DNA of 63,704 nucleotides, filler included, from Octopus bimaculoides (GCF_001194135.2; 12 parts of 9 records of this genome joined end to end with filler, not necessarily neighbours in it), one strand, 5' to 3'. Counted from the first letter of the whole stretch, positions 1-11,480 are shown. Numbers and translations: made by a program. The notes: generated by a model not told the origin, from the letters alone.

Positions 1-204
1 AGAAGAAAAAAGTTTTGGTTTTGCTTCGTTTGTGATATGTGTTTTCGTATGCGTGAGTGTGTCCTGTGATTTTCACGTAGTTGTGTAAACATTAAGATGC
101 ATGTGTAGTTCTATGGGTATCAAAACGTATATATCATTGTGTACACGTTCGAGTGTATGCCAAAATATCGTTCACTTGATAACAATGGCACTCTTCTTTT
201 TTTT

Positions 205-244
205 GCTATTATTACTACTATTATTATTATTATTATTATTATTA

Positions 245-288
<44 letters not shown>

Positions 289-318
289 AATATTATTATT
301 ATTGTTGTTGTTGTTGTT
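205..318. repeat. (TAT)n/(TGT)n microsatellite
   Basis: Direct trinucleotide run. It explains the poly-L/I/N ORFs at 101-837. Confidence 0.98.
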
Positions 319-589
319 CTTGTGCTTGTGCCTGCAACCTGTCAGCTTTGTGTCACTCCTAAGCTTCACTTTAAACTGTCTTTTATATTTTTGTTTCCAA
401 ATTTTGGCGCCATCACACACATCAGGACACAAAGGTGTGAGGAACCTCAAAACTGTGCTGTGTTTCCCCTCCTTGAGGTGGAATTTATTATTGAGTTTGT
501 AAAATTTACACATTCTAAAAAATATCAAGAAGACGTGACATCAATTCTGCTCACACCAAAATGTCAGACGAGTGAGGAAAGAGATGTTA

Positions 590-830
590 TCTCCTTTCAT
601 ATGGTTCAGCATCTTGAATTCTGCTTTCATCACTTCTTTCTGTTTCAATTTCATTCTTCCTCTTCCACAAATTCCCATTTACCATTCAGCTCACTTACTA
701 ATTCTTTAGCCAACCATCATTCTTCACATAACTCTACCAGCACAGTCTTTTTCTCTTACACACAATGTCTAATTCCTCTTAAACCTAGTCTTTCTCTCAG
801 TTCATACGAGCTCTGTCATTCATGTTCAGT
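590..830 (-). mobile_element. Decayed RTE-type LINE 3' fragment
   Basis: Minus-strand translation with frameshift and stops gives ELRERLGLRGIRHCV..RLCW*SYV, resembling the RTE C-terminal LREKLGLR.IR..VQERRLRWYGHV. Confidence 0.6.
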
Positions 831-849
831 AACATGATGCAACAGTAAA

Positions 850-1224
850 GTGGTGAGCCAGCAGAATCATCATTGTGTCAAACAAAATGGTTAGAAGCAT
901 TTCTTCTGACTTCTGCATTCAAATTCCATGAAGGTCAACTTTGTCTTTCATCTTTGCAGGATTGACCAAATAAGTACCAGCTGAGCACTGGGGTTGATGT
1001 ACCATATTTTAAAGAGTATAAAGAACCCCTTTTTGTCAAAATTAGGTTTAAAAAGTATGGGAGTTTCTTATACATGGATAGTATTATAACCCCTTACAAA
1101 ACCTTTTTTTTTTTCAAATTTTAAACCCAAAAGATTAGGGAGTTCCTTATACACGTTAAAATACGGTAATCAACTTACTTCCTCACCCGAAACTGCTGGT
1201 CTAGTGCCAAAATTTGAAACCATC
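850..1224 (+). mobile_element. SINE family B (tRNA-like head, GTCGACTTTGCCTTTCATCC core), interrupted by a MITE
   Basis: Matches other copies in the window. Decayed 16-bp TSD: ATGATGCAACAGTAAA (834-849) and ATTATACAACAGTGAA (1225-1240). Confidence 0.8.
1002..1166. mobile_element. Tc1/mariner-superfamily (pogo/Tigger-like) MITE nested in a SINE
   Basis: TA on both sides. Termini CCATATTTTAAAGAGTATAA and TTATACACGTTAAAATACGG are imperfect inverted repeats. The host SINE resumes after it. Confidence 0.8.
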
Positions 1225-2387
1225 ATTATACAACAGTGAATCATGCTAAATCCATGCTTTCTACCTTTCATCTATCATCTGCATTCAATGCCCATATTTT
1301 GCTGCCATGCAGCATCACATTTCATAGGCAGCATCATGCAGTCCAGCCTTCATCATTGCCATCATCATCATCACCATCACCCCCCCCCACCACCACCACC
1401 ACCGCCATCATCATCATTATCATTATCATTATCATTTCCCTTCTGCTGGTTCAGATAGGTTATCAGAATCTGACTCAGTTCTCATCTAGAGTTATTGCCC
1501 TTCTAGACAGGTCGAAAGACTCCCCGCACCTTAGTCGTATGTTCCACATTTGGCATGCTTTCTACAGCTGGATGGCCTTCCTGACACCAACACCTTCAAG
1601 TGCTTTTTTTTTTTTTTTCATCTTATGGTATCAGCACTAGAGAGGTTGCCATGCCCTCAACACATCTATAGGATCCTCTCAACAAAGCCAAAAAGTCATC
1701 TTAATGAGACTACAGTGTTCTCTCGACCCAACATCATCTCCATTTGTTCACCCCGGCCACTTAATAGAAAATTACTCTGCACATTTACTTTACAATAAAA
1801 AAACTCAGAAGTTTGTTTCATTTCAACATTGCAAGCAGAAAGTTTTCATTTCGATTAAATTGATGGAAAAATATTTCAATTCTTGCAGATTTAATTATAG
1901 TTTCGATATTAAAAGAAATCAAAATACATTGACAAGAAGCTGACGTTTATTTTTATTCTGGGCTTTCTTCACTCAAAAATTTTTAAGGGAAAATATTGAT
2001 TAAAAAAAAAAAAAAAAAANNNNNNNNNNNNNNNNNNNNNNNNNNNNNNNNNNNNNNNNNNNNNNNNNNNNNNNNNNNNNNNNNNNNNNNNNNNNNNNNN
2101 NNNNNNNNNNNNNNNNNNNNNNNNNNNNNNNNNNNNNNNNNNNNNNNNNNNNNNNNNNNNNNNNNNNNNNNNNNNNNNNNNNNNNNNNNNNNNNNNNNNN
2201 NNNNNNNNNNNNTTTAATGTAATTCTATTCTGTTATTGATTTTATTTTATTGTTATTTCAATTATATTTTTATGAATATTTTTTTTTTGTTTTTTGCTTT
2301 TTGCTTATGATGATTAAAACAGTGTATATTTTTTCCTATCTATTTATTACCTGCCAGTCAAAATAACCATCATCTTTTTCTATTATC

Positions 2388-2420
<33 letters not shown>

Positions 2421-2469
2421 TTAAATTAATTTGCTTCACAAGTTATTGGCTGCAATAGTTTATTTGGAG

Positions 2470-2569
2470 NNNNNNNNNNNNNNNNNNNNNNNNNNNNNNN
2501 NNNNNNNNNNNNNTTAATTAATTAANNNNNNNNNNNNNNNNNNNNNNNNNNNNNNNNNNNNNNNNNNNN
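2470..2569. other. Assembly gap linker, N44-TTAATTAATTAA-N44 (first of 11)
   Basis: The same 12-mer, with stops in all six frames, sits inside N runs starting at 2514, 18230, 21803, 24241, 28971, 31713, 37392, 52435, 58092, 60846 and 62556. Confidence 0.97.
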
Positions 2570-2774
2570 GTGGCCGTTTTCGTGCGGGTGACACGTAAAA
2601 GCACCCACTACACTCTCTGAGTGGTTGGCGTTAGGAAGGGCATCCAGCTGTAGAAACTCTGCCAAATCAGACTGGAGCCTGGTGTTGCCATCCGGTTTCA
2701 CCAGTCCTCAGTCAAATCGTCCAACCCATGCTAGCATGGAAAGCGGACGTTAAACGATGATGATGATGATGATG
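2570..2774 (+). mobile_element. Retroposon family C (3' end with (GAT)n tail)
   Basis: GAAGGGCATCCAGCTGTAGAAA...CCATGCTAGCATGGAAAGCGGACGTTAAACGATGATGAT. Near-identical inverted copy at 31830-31985. Confidence 0.85.
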
Positions 2775-2810
2775 ATATATATATACATACACACACACAC
2801 ACATTATGTC

Positions 2811-3170
2811 TTATCTTTTACTTCTTTCCATCATTAGACTGCAGCCAGGCTGGGGCAGTACATAAAAGGGTACCCGTTTTTTAAGCCTGGTACTTATTCT
2901 ATAGGTCTCCTTTGCCAAACTGCTAATGTTACAGGAAGGTAAATAAACCAACACCTGTTATCAAGTGGTGATGGGGGAGGGTACAAACAGATACAAAGAC
3001 ACACATTTATGATGGCTTCTTTCAGTTTCCATCTACAAAATCCACTCACAAAGCTTTGGTTGGCCCAAGGCTATTAGTAGAAGACACTTGCCCAAGGTGC
3101 TATACAGTGGGACTGAACCCAGAACCATGTGGCTGGAAAGTAAACTTCTTACCACACAACCACAACTGTG
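2811..3170 (-). mobile_element. SINE family A (tRNA-derived head)
   Basis: Reverse complement begins GTGTGGTAAGAAGTTTACTTTCCAGCCACATGGTTCTGGGTTCAGTCCC, with A-box and B-box-like motifs. Homologous to 5005-5389 and 48248-48600. Confidence 0.85.
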
Positions 3171-3185
3171 CATATATATATATGG

Positions 3186-3330
3186 CATGTAAAAAGCACC
3201 CACTACACTCTCGGAGTGGTTGGCATCAAGAAGGACATCCAGCCGTAGAGACTCTGTTAGATCAGATTGGAGTTTGGTGTAGCCATCTGGTTCGCCAGTC
3301 CCCAGTCAAATCATCCAATCCATGCTAGCA
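3186..3330 (+). mobile_element. Retroposon family C fragment
   Basis: Aligns by eye to 2585-2735. Confidence 0.8.
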
Positions 3331-3513
3331 TATATCATCATCATCATCATCATAATAATAATAATAATTTAGTGTCCGCTTTCCATACTGGCATGGGTTA
3401 GATGATTTGGCTGGAACTGGTAAGCCAGAGAGCTGCATGTGGCAATGGTTTCTACGGCTACACACATATGCATGCATGCACANNNNNNNNNNNNNNNNNN
3501 NNNNNNNNNNNNN

Positions 3514-3570
<57 letters not shown>

Positions 3571-3571
<1 letters not shown>

Positions 3572-3700
3572 GCATCTTTCAATTTCTGTCTACGAAATTC
3601 ACTTACAAAATTTTAGTTGGCTTGAGGCTATAGAAGACATTTACCCAAGACACCATATAGTGAGACTGAAACCATGGCCATAAGGTTGGGAAGCAAGTTT
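3571..3700 (-). mobile_element. SINE family A 5' fragment
   Basis: GAAGACATTTACCCAAG...GAAACCATGG...GGAAGCAAGTTT matches the family A head. Confidence 0.7.
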
Positions 3701-4027
3701 ATATTTAGAACGACAGTGTAGGGTAGGTGTGAGAGTCTGACCAGATCACATAACAACAAGTAGAATATTTGGGGTCTGATATGAGCAGCTTAAAAGCTAG
3801 AGGATTAAAACATTTTCTCATCTACAACAATGTTCTGTTATTTATTCATTTAGTTACTTAATTCAGTCACTGGGCTACAGCCATACTTTAGTACCACCTT
3901 AAAGTGTTTAGTCTAACAAATTAACCCTAGTATCGCCTTTTTTTTAAAGTCTGATACTTACTATATCAGTCTCTTTTGCCAAACTGCTAAATTAAGGTGA
4001 TGTAAACAAACCAATACAGACATGACA

Positions 4028-4256
4028 GTTTCTTGTTTCTTTACTACCCACAAGGGGCTACACACAGAGGGGACAAACAAGGACAGACAAAGGGATTAAG
4101 TCGATTATATCGACCCCAGTGCGTAACTGGTACTTATTTAATCGACCCCGAAAGGATGAAAGGCAAAGTCGACCTCGGCGGAATTTGAACTCAGAACGTA
4201 GCGGCAGACAAAATACCACTAAGCATTTCGCCCGGCTTACTAACATTTCTGCCAAC
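4028..4256 (-). mobile_element. SINE family B, young copy
   Basis: Intact core ATCGACCCCGAAAGGATGAAAGGCAAAGTCGACCTCGGCGGAATTTGAACTC with most CpGs retained. Confidence 0.9.
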
Positions 4257-4372
4257 CAAATTCACTCACAAAACAGTGGTAACTCAGAGCTATAGTAGAA
4301 GACACTTGCCCAAGAGCTAAACCTGAAACCACATGATTGCAAAGCAAACCTCGTAACCACACAGCCATGTTT
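4257..4372 (-). mobile_element. SINE family A 5' fragment
   Basis: CTATAGTAGAAGACACTTGCCCAAG...AACCACACAGCCATG. Confidence 0.7.
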
Positions 4373-4427
4373 GTGCCTATTTCAATAACATTTAATATTT
4401 TTCAAATACTATAAGAAAAAGGACATC

Positions 4428-4468
<41 letters not shown>

Positions 4469-4589
4469 CACTGAGAAAGAGAGATAGTAATTTAATCCAA
4501 AACATTTTGGTAAAATCACATTGGTGATTCAATTTTAAGTATATAAGTACCACTTTCAATTTGCTTTGCTTTTCTTGTTTTTTTGCCTT

Positions 4590-4820
4590 TAACACATCTG
4601 TGACTATATTACTAACAAAAATGTATTGCTGTGTATTTCAATTTGTTTTCAAATCAATAACTTTAGAAGAATGTAATAAAATAACTATTTTTATTTATTG
4701 GCTATATTAAGCTGCTGTTTGTCACACAACTTGTACTTAATGAAAATTTCCCATTATCAATTTAAATATGAACACTTTAATAAGGTAATCTTATGCAGGC
4801 TGGTACTGAAAGGTTTAATG
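4590..4820 (-). mobile_element. Degenerate copy of the 5418 piggyBac-like MITE, opposite orientation
   Basis: Similar by eye to the reverse complement of 5418-5638 (GTAATAAAATAACT...ATTAAGCTG.TGTTTG). Ends GAAAGGTTTAA. Confidence 0.55.
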
Positions 4821-5004
4821 CTATGTTTCAAAAACTAAAGTATTTTATTGTAAATCTACAACTTATTTCTTAATGCTCTTCCTAATCTGTTTAAGTTTTC
4901 TTAAAGAGCTCTTATAACAAAAATTTGAATAAATAAAAACTACCATGTGATAAGTAAAGCAACACTGCATGGTACTAATATTTTAAAACAAAATTTACAA
5001 AACA

Positions 5005-5389
5005 CAGGAGTGGCTGTGTGGTAAGAAGCTTGCTTCCCAACCACATGGTTCTGGGTTCAGTACCACTGCATAACACCTACGGTAAGTGTCTTCTATAGCT
5101 GAAGCCCAACCAATATAGTGGATTTGGTAGACAGAAGCTGAAAAAAGCATGTTGTGTGTGGTGTGTGTGGTGTGTGTGCATGCATGCTTGTCCCTCACAA
5201 CCACTTGACAACCAGTGTTGGTGTGTTTGCATCCTCATAGATTAGTGGTTCAGCAAAAGAGAATGATAGAGTTAAGTACCAGGCTTAAAAACAAAAAATA
5301 AAAGTACTGGGATTGAGTCATTTGACAAAAATTCTTCCAGATGATGCCCCAGTATGGCCTTAGTCTAATGACTGAAACAAGTAAAAGGA
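5005..5389 (+). mobile_element. SINE family A, full length
   Basis: Runs from the head GTGGCTGTGTGGTAAGAAGCTTGCTTCCCAACCACATGG to the tail AATGACTGAAACAAGTAAAAG. Confidence 0.9.
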
Positions 5390-5417
5390 TATAACTTCAT
5401 CAAGAAGAGTCATTTAA

Positions 5418-5638
5418 CCCTTTCATTACTAACCCTGCTGAAACCGCTTTTGGCTCTGTAGTACAAATGTCTTGTTTCATAAGTTTTGAATTAAAATCTT
5501 CCACCAAACCTTAGTCACAATTTATGCTCCTAACACTAACTTAATAATAACTAAGTTATTTTACTGAATTCTTTGTTATATTTAAAATTAATTGAAAGAA
5601 ATACAAAGCATCTCAAAAAAAATACGGTAACGAAAGGG
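5418..5638. mobile_element. piggyBac-like MITE
   Basis: TTAA|CCCTTTCATTAC ... GTAACGAAAGGG|TTAA: TTAA TSD and 12-bp terminal inverted repeats (TIRs) with one mismatch. Confidence 0.9.
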
Positions 5639-5960
5639 TTAATAAAAAAAAGCTGTTAAATTTCACTTTAACTTTATTTCATGAGGTGTTGAAATTTTTG
5701 TTACACAACTGCAACCTGCTTACTAACACAATTCTACTGAGCTGCAATGGAGTTCTGATAGCAACCAAGTCATAGCTGGGCAATGAAAATATTGACAATT
5801 CATGAAATAAAGACGCTAAATTTACTTTGCATTTGTGTTATTAAATAACTCTTTCATGATACTGTTCCTTCAGTTTCAACAACAATCTCAGATCAAGTCA
5901 CTTGCTATACAAGAACAACTTCCAGATATTATCTCAATTTCATGTTTTCATATTGATGCA

Positions 5961-6255
5961 GGCACAGCTGTGTTGTTGAAAAGTTTGCTTCCCAACCAAA
6001 TGGTTTTGGGTTCAGTCCCACTGCGAGGCACCTTTACAGCTTCAGGGCAGCAAAAGTCTTGTGCATGGACCTGGTAGATGAAAACTGAAAGATGTGTCTG
6101 TCTGTCTTTGTCTTGATACTATACATGTAAACAGGTATCACCACAACACAAGCAGTATCATTCATTTCCAATCTTCGGTGGAAGCATGTCTGGCCATGCA
6201 GAAATATTACTATGCTTGGAAACAGGTAAAGGTTGGAAACAGGGCAAGCATCAAG
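5961..6255 (+). mobile_element. SINE with family A head and family C-like tail
   Basis: GGGTTCAGTCCCACTGCG head followed by GAAATATTACTATGCTTGGAAACAGG. Confidence 0.7.
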
Positions 6256-7012
6256 ACAGAAAGTTTACTTCAATACATTCCAAGCATGGGAAAGTGGTTG
6301 TTAAAACAACAACAACGATGGTATTGGTCATGATATTTTTGCCACTCATTAAGTTAAATATTTGGAAAATTTTATAAAAACTCTAACAACCCAACTAGCA
6401 ATTTAGATGGTAAGTAAAACAGTCAGAATTCACACAAAATAGTATCTACATCAAACTGACTGTCTCAGATTTTGAACAGGCCATAAATTTTCTCAATTTC
6501 CTCTTGAGACACAAGTATGTCTAGCTAGCATTTTAACATGGTATTCATTTTTATTTAACTACAGTAATTTTGTCACTATATTTACTATAACATTCCTTTT
6601 ATTATTCTAATGTGTTCCTTAAATTCAATGTGTTTTATACATATACATTTTACATTATTTACATTTGACAGATATTTGTCCTCATCTTGTTTGTTGTTAG
6701 CACGTTTCAACTGATATACCCTCCAAGCCTTCATAAGGTGTCTTGGGGAAATTTCAAACCTGGGTTCTCATTCCTAAGGTATTTTTCGATGTTGTTATTA
6801 TTATTATTCAGGTCACTGCCTGGAATCAAACGTGTTAACAACAATGAAGATGGGGACAAATATCCGTCAAATGTACATAATTCCTCATCTCTTAAATAAA
6901 GAACTGTAATATACATTTACATACAATAATTGATATTGAAAAGTATATATTGTCGCCAAAGTACCTTTTACACAAAAAAAAAAAAAAAATAACTGAAGCT
7001 GAGAACCTTATT

Positions 7013-7228
7013 TTAGCAGTAGTTTATCTCACTATATATCCTCTTCTTTTGAAGAGAGTCTGGGAGACAATGTAGCATAGCATCTGTCAATGCAACACAC
7101 TTATGCACTACTTCAAATGCAAGTTCAAAATTCGACCAATTATATAAAAGATAACTTAACATTCTTAACTTGGATTCCCCTCTTTTATTTGTGACATTAG
7201 AGTATGAACTCACAGAATATATACCCAT
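7013..7228 (-). CDS. Candidate terminal exon, 71-codon ORF of unknown product
   Basis: Acceptor AACTCTTTGTAG lies directly before ATGGGT, and the frame is open to TAA. No homology recognised, and ORFs of this length occur by chance here. Confidence 0.2.
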   Translation of the reverse strand: MGIYSVSSYSNVTNKRGESKLRMLSYLLYNWSNFELAFEVVHKCVALTDAMLHCLPDSLQKKRIYSEINYC

Positions 7229-7364
7229 CTACAAAGAGTTACTACATATCAATCTATGAAGGTATATATCTATCTATCTATCTATGAAAAATTGTTATGA
7301 AGTCTTGATTTTCCTGTTTAATTTATATATCTTTATACTCACTTCTGTTTAATATCACTACCAT

Positions 7365-7830
7365 CAACATTTTAACATCCATTTTCCATGCTCGCATGGG
7401 TCAGACTGGATTTGTTGAGGTAGATTTTCTACAGCCAGAGGCCCTTCTTGTTACCAACCCTCACCTGTTTCCAAGCAAAGTAATATTCTTTTCTGTTCTA
7501 GGCACAAGGCCTGAAATTTTGGAGGAGGGGGCCAGTCGATTAGATTGACTCCACAATGCAACTGGTACAAGTTGACCGTGGCAGAATTTGCAAGCAAAGT
7601 AATATTACTCCAAGATGAGACATTTTCCACAGAAAATTGGAAATGGAGAACACCATAGAGACAGTAACGCACACACAATAGAATTATTTCTGTCTCTAGC
7701 TACCAAATCCACTCACAAAGCTTTGGTCAGCCTGGGACTAGAGTAGAAGACCTTTGCCAAAAGTGCCACACAGACTAAACTTGAAACCATGTGGCTAGAA
7801 AGCAAACTTCTCACCATACAACTACACCTA
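7365..7830 (-). mobile_element. SINE A/C composite containing a nested SINE B
   Basis: Family C-like tail at 7365-7487 and family A head at 7690-7830. Confidence 0.75.
7488..7590 (-). mobile_element. 5'-truncated SINE B nested in another SINE
   Basis: Perfect 16-bp TSD CAAGCAAAGTAATATT at 7472-7487 and 7591-7606. Confidence 0.85.
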
Positions 7831-8396
7831 TATCTGTACTATTCTATAAGTGATTTAATGCCATTTACAAATGCCTGTCCATCTTATTTTATTACACTAA
7901 GTATAAATCTATCAACAACCTAAATAATTGGTAACAGAATAATTACTATGTTAAAATTTTGAACACAAAAATGACACGATGATAGAAAAAGAATTTTAAA
8001 AAAGCAAATCCTATAACATTAGGTTGTAGAGGCACCACTGAAGACATTGCTTTGAAGTGGAATATCTGGAGCAATTTATTCCATTTTGTGAACTCTAGTA
8101 CTTATTATTTACTGACATAGACTATCATGAGTTTCCTCAGATTTTACTGTTTTGCTTTGATCTCTAAAGCTGTGTTTAGAGAATAAATTATTCTTAGATG
8201 CTAAATGCATGGAAAAAACATTAGTTAGTATTAATATATTTAATGTAGTTGAATTGGGAGAGTTGTTAGAGAGTTGTGGTTTTGTTGCAACTCTCTGAGC
8301 TTTGAGTTCAAATTTAGTCATGGTCAACTTTACCTTTTAGGAACACAAAAATACCAATCCGGGATAGAGGATTAGTGGAACAATAGCACAACTTAC

Positions 8397-8483
8397 ATCT
8401 CTTCCAGCCCTTTCTGTTCTAACAGAATGCTCAGCTAAAACACTGGTGCCAAGGTGTGCTGACCTTAAAGTAGCAGCTCTTCC
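8397..8483 (-). other. Candidate internal exon (87 nt)
   Basis: TATTCAAG|GGAAGAG...AGAGAT|GTAAGT. GC is higher than the flanks, and frame 0 is open (GRAATLRSAHLGTSVLAEHSVRTERAGRD). Confidence 0.35.
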
Positions 8484-8544
8484 CTTGAATAATATTTGTG
8501 GCATAGAGAAGTGAAACTTATGTGTATGAGTAATTGCAGGTTTG

Positions 8545-8890
8545 TATCTTCACCATCGTCATTTTAATATCCTTGTTTCCATGCTTACATGGGTTACATG
8601 GAATTCATTGAAGCAGATTTTTCAAGTTGGAATCCCTACCTGTCACCAGCCCTCCCTGTTCCCAGGGAAGGTAATACTTTCCCATGACCTGACATGTTTT
8701 CAAAGAAGATCGGAAATAAATGACACTGCTTATATGATGGTAGGTCTCATTTACAGTTATCACACAGCGTCAGGTCCACACACACACAAATATATAAGTA
8801 TATACACATGCTTCTTTCAGTTTTCATCTATCAAATCCACTCACAAGGCTTTGGTTGGCCATAGCTATCATTCAACTACTACTATAGTTG
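8545..8890 (-). mobile_element. SINE A/C composite, decayed
   Basis: TTTCCATGCTTACATGGG tail and CAAATCCACTCACAAGGCTTTGGTTGGCC head segment. Confidence 0.7.
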
Positions 8891-9577
8891 AATAATATTC
8901 TTAAGGTCACAATTTACTCACATGCAGTACCTTTCAGAGCTTGTCGCTAATTCAGTTCTTAACCAAATTGAAAATTGTTACCATTTTTGAAGAGGACTGG
9001 TCTTTAGCTACATTTTGGCATTAAAAAATTGAGATTTGATCCAGTAGAAAAAAGTTTACATCAGAATTTGTAGCAACGTTATAGGAGAGTAAGTAATGCC
9101 TCCAATCAAGTTTAGATCTAAATAACTTTTTCTTATTTTAAAAGAAAATATGTTTTTCTTAGCTTCAATGATAGAAGAAAACATGAAAAATTTTATAGTT
9201 TTGTTCCAATGCAAAAAAATGTGTATCAAAAAAGTTGTGAGGTAAAATATCATGAAAAAATATAAAGACAAAAAATTGGATTTAAGTATAATTAACTTTT
9301 TTTTATATTTTAAAAACAAGCTATATTTTAATTAAGCTTAAATGATAGAGCTCAATTCAAGGAATTTCGTGGTATCAATATCATGCAATGAACTTTTTGT
9401 TTCTCAAATTTGAAGGTGATGATATAGTTCTATACTTTTTTATGAATATAGTTCTATAAGGGGACTTTTAATATATGTCACCATCATCATTGAAGTAAGG
9501 AAAAACTTATCAACAACACCGCTAGTTGACACAGTATTAATTAGCATAATAGCATAGCCTGAAAAAAACATGGATTA

Positions 9578-10417
9578 CATGGGAAAATGCAAGCAAAAGA
9601 AATAGTATTCTTAAGATTATAAACCTGGACAAGTTATTACACTTGGAAAAGTTCAGGACAACTTATTACATCTGGTAAAATACAGAACAAGAAAATTTTC
9701 ACTTAAAATATTGCAGCCAAGGATAAAATTTGAATATTAAATATTTGATTTTATTTACTAAGTAACATTATAATTAAACAAGGTACCATCATTTTGTTAA
9801 AATATTAACACACTAGAATACTTTAAAAAATGAGAGCCAGAAGTACCAATAAAGCTAAAGTTTTATGCAAAGTAGAATAGTATGTGTGGTAGGCAAATTC
9901 CTTATGTAAAAATTAGGCATTGGGTCAATATGAAAAACGTGAAGACTTGGCAAGAACTTGTGAATTTGTTGTTATAGGTAGATTTTATTGTAATATATAA
10001 CTAATTTTTGCATTATGCTATTTATTGTACTAACTATGTACTACTACTATTTTTTAATAACTTATTTTCAAATTTCTAATTATTAATTAATAATTTAAAA
10101 AATTAATTTTTTTTAAAGTGCAAAAAATATTTTGAGTTATTTTTAATTTTTAATAGAAGTAACAAGTAATAACAAATAGAAGTATTAACTTGCAATAAAA
10201 TTTTTAGTTTTAATAAAAGCTAATATTTTCAAAATCTAAATATTTTATTTGAAATTTTATCCTTAGCTACAATACTTTAGGTAAAAATGTTCACGTTCTG
10301 TACTTTAATCAGTTGTAATAAGTTATCCTGAACTTTTCCAGGTGTAATAACATGTCCTGTAATTTTCCAGGTTCATAATCTTAAGAATATTATTTCTCTT
10401 GCTTGCATTTTTCCATG
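9578..10417. mobile_element. MITE with long (~160 bp) TIRs and TA TSD
   Basis: TA|CATGGGAAAATGCAAGCAAAAGAAATAGTATTCTTAAGATTAT ... ATAATCTTAAGAATATTATTTCTCTTGCTTGCATTTTTCCATG|TA, with a very AT-rich interior. Confidence 0.85.
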
Positions 10418-10437
10418 TAATAATAAAGGATGCTTAC

Positions 10438-10490
10438 CCAAGGTGAGAGCAAACCTAAAACAAGCAAACTTCTTAACTTGGCTGCACCTC
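10438..10490 (-). other. Candidate internal exon (53 nt)
   Basis: ATTTTTATAG|GAGGTG...CCTTGG|GTAAGC. Confidence 0.35.
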
Positions 10491-11079
10491 CTATAAAAAT
10501 CTTACCAAGAGCTTACATACAGATGTAGTTATGAGGTTAACCATGACTGATGTAGACTCCTATATATATGCAGAGGAGATCAAAAGGCTAACTAGATATA
10601 AAATTCAAACATTTCAATTCACTGCTGAACAAATTGACAAAATTAGCCAATATCTTATATTGTTTTTTTTCTTCTTCAATGTCTTATTTTGTTTTTTAGT
10701 TTGCTCTTTCTTGCTCTCAGCATTAAACCTCACTGCACTAATTTAATTTTTGCTGGTGATTATATGCTAATCATATGCAAACCAGTTCTTGCAGCATCTT
10801 TCTATTTGCCAATAAAAATATAATATACAGGTTACATACTATGAAATGTGGGAAATTCCAGAAAGCACCCCAAGTTAATTTTGTTCCTATGTCTCGAGTG
10901 CACATTCTCAGAACTGAGTATATTTGTATTCCACAAAGCAAGGGTTAAATACATTAACGCTACCAAAAGTAGCTCTGTCTACTGATGTCCATTTCTGAAC
11001 TACAGATCTAAATCACTACTACAAATTCAAGGCTGCAGCAATTTATAGAGTATTCTTGTTTCTTAAGAGTTAACCAGTT

Positions 11080-11480
11080 ACACAAACTCATGGTGCTTAT
11101 TTGCAGATAAGATAGATGGACTGGATTGGAATTTTGAGAGTAAAGAGCACGGATCAGGAAACAATACAAGCTGACAGTAATAGAATATAAATAGACCACT
11201 TAAAGTTGACTTCATAGGTTTAGCTATATGTGACATAATCCAAGAAGTAAATGTCAAATAATGTATATTCTATAAGCTTTAGCATCTTGTGCTGGAATTC
11301 TTAAATCATTTTTGCAATGTGACTAGTCTCTTATCCAAATATGAGATGCTATTATAGAAGCATCTTTCAGGCAACATGAAGAGTCGCATAACAAATCTAC
11401 CTTCTATAATGATACATATATAACAAGATGCCAATAATTTAACCAAGATATACAGAGAAACCAATCTTAAATGCAAGAAT
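11080..11480 (+). mobile_element. Heavily decayed RTE-type LINE reverse-transcriptase fragment
   Basis: Residual LFADKIDGL (RTE consensus LRFADDIDGL) and NMRCYYRSIF..KSRITN (EMRCYRRIL..WKDRITN), with many stops and frameshifts. Confidence 0.45.

Noticed and set aside
101-837. Long ORFs with poly-L/I/N, and similar CV/HT/YI/SIYL ORFs throughout the track
   Set aside because: They are translations of microsatellites or read-through of N gaps, with no protein-like content.
2514-2525. Regularly recurring TTAATTAATTAA resembling a repeat-spacer array or homeodomain site
   Set aside because: It always sits inside N padding, so it is an assembly linker.
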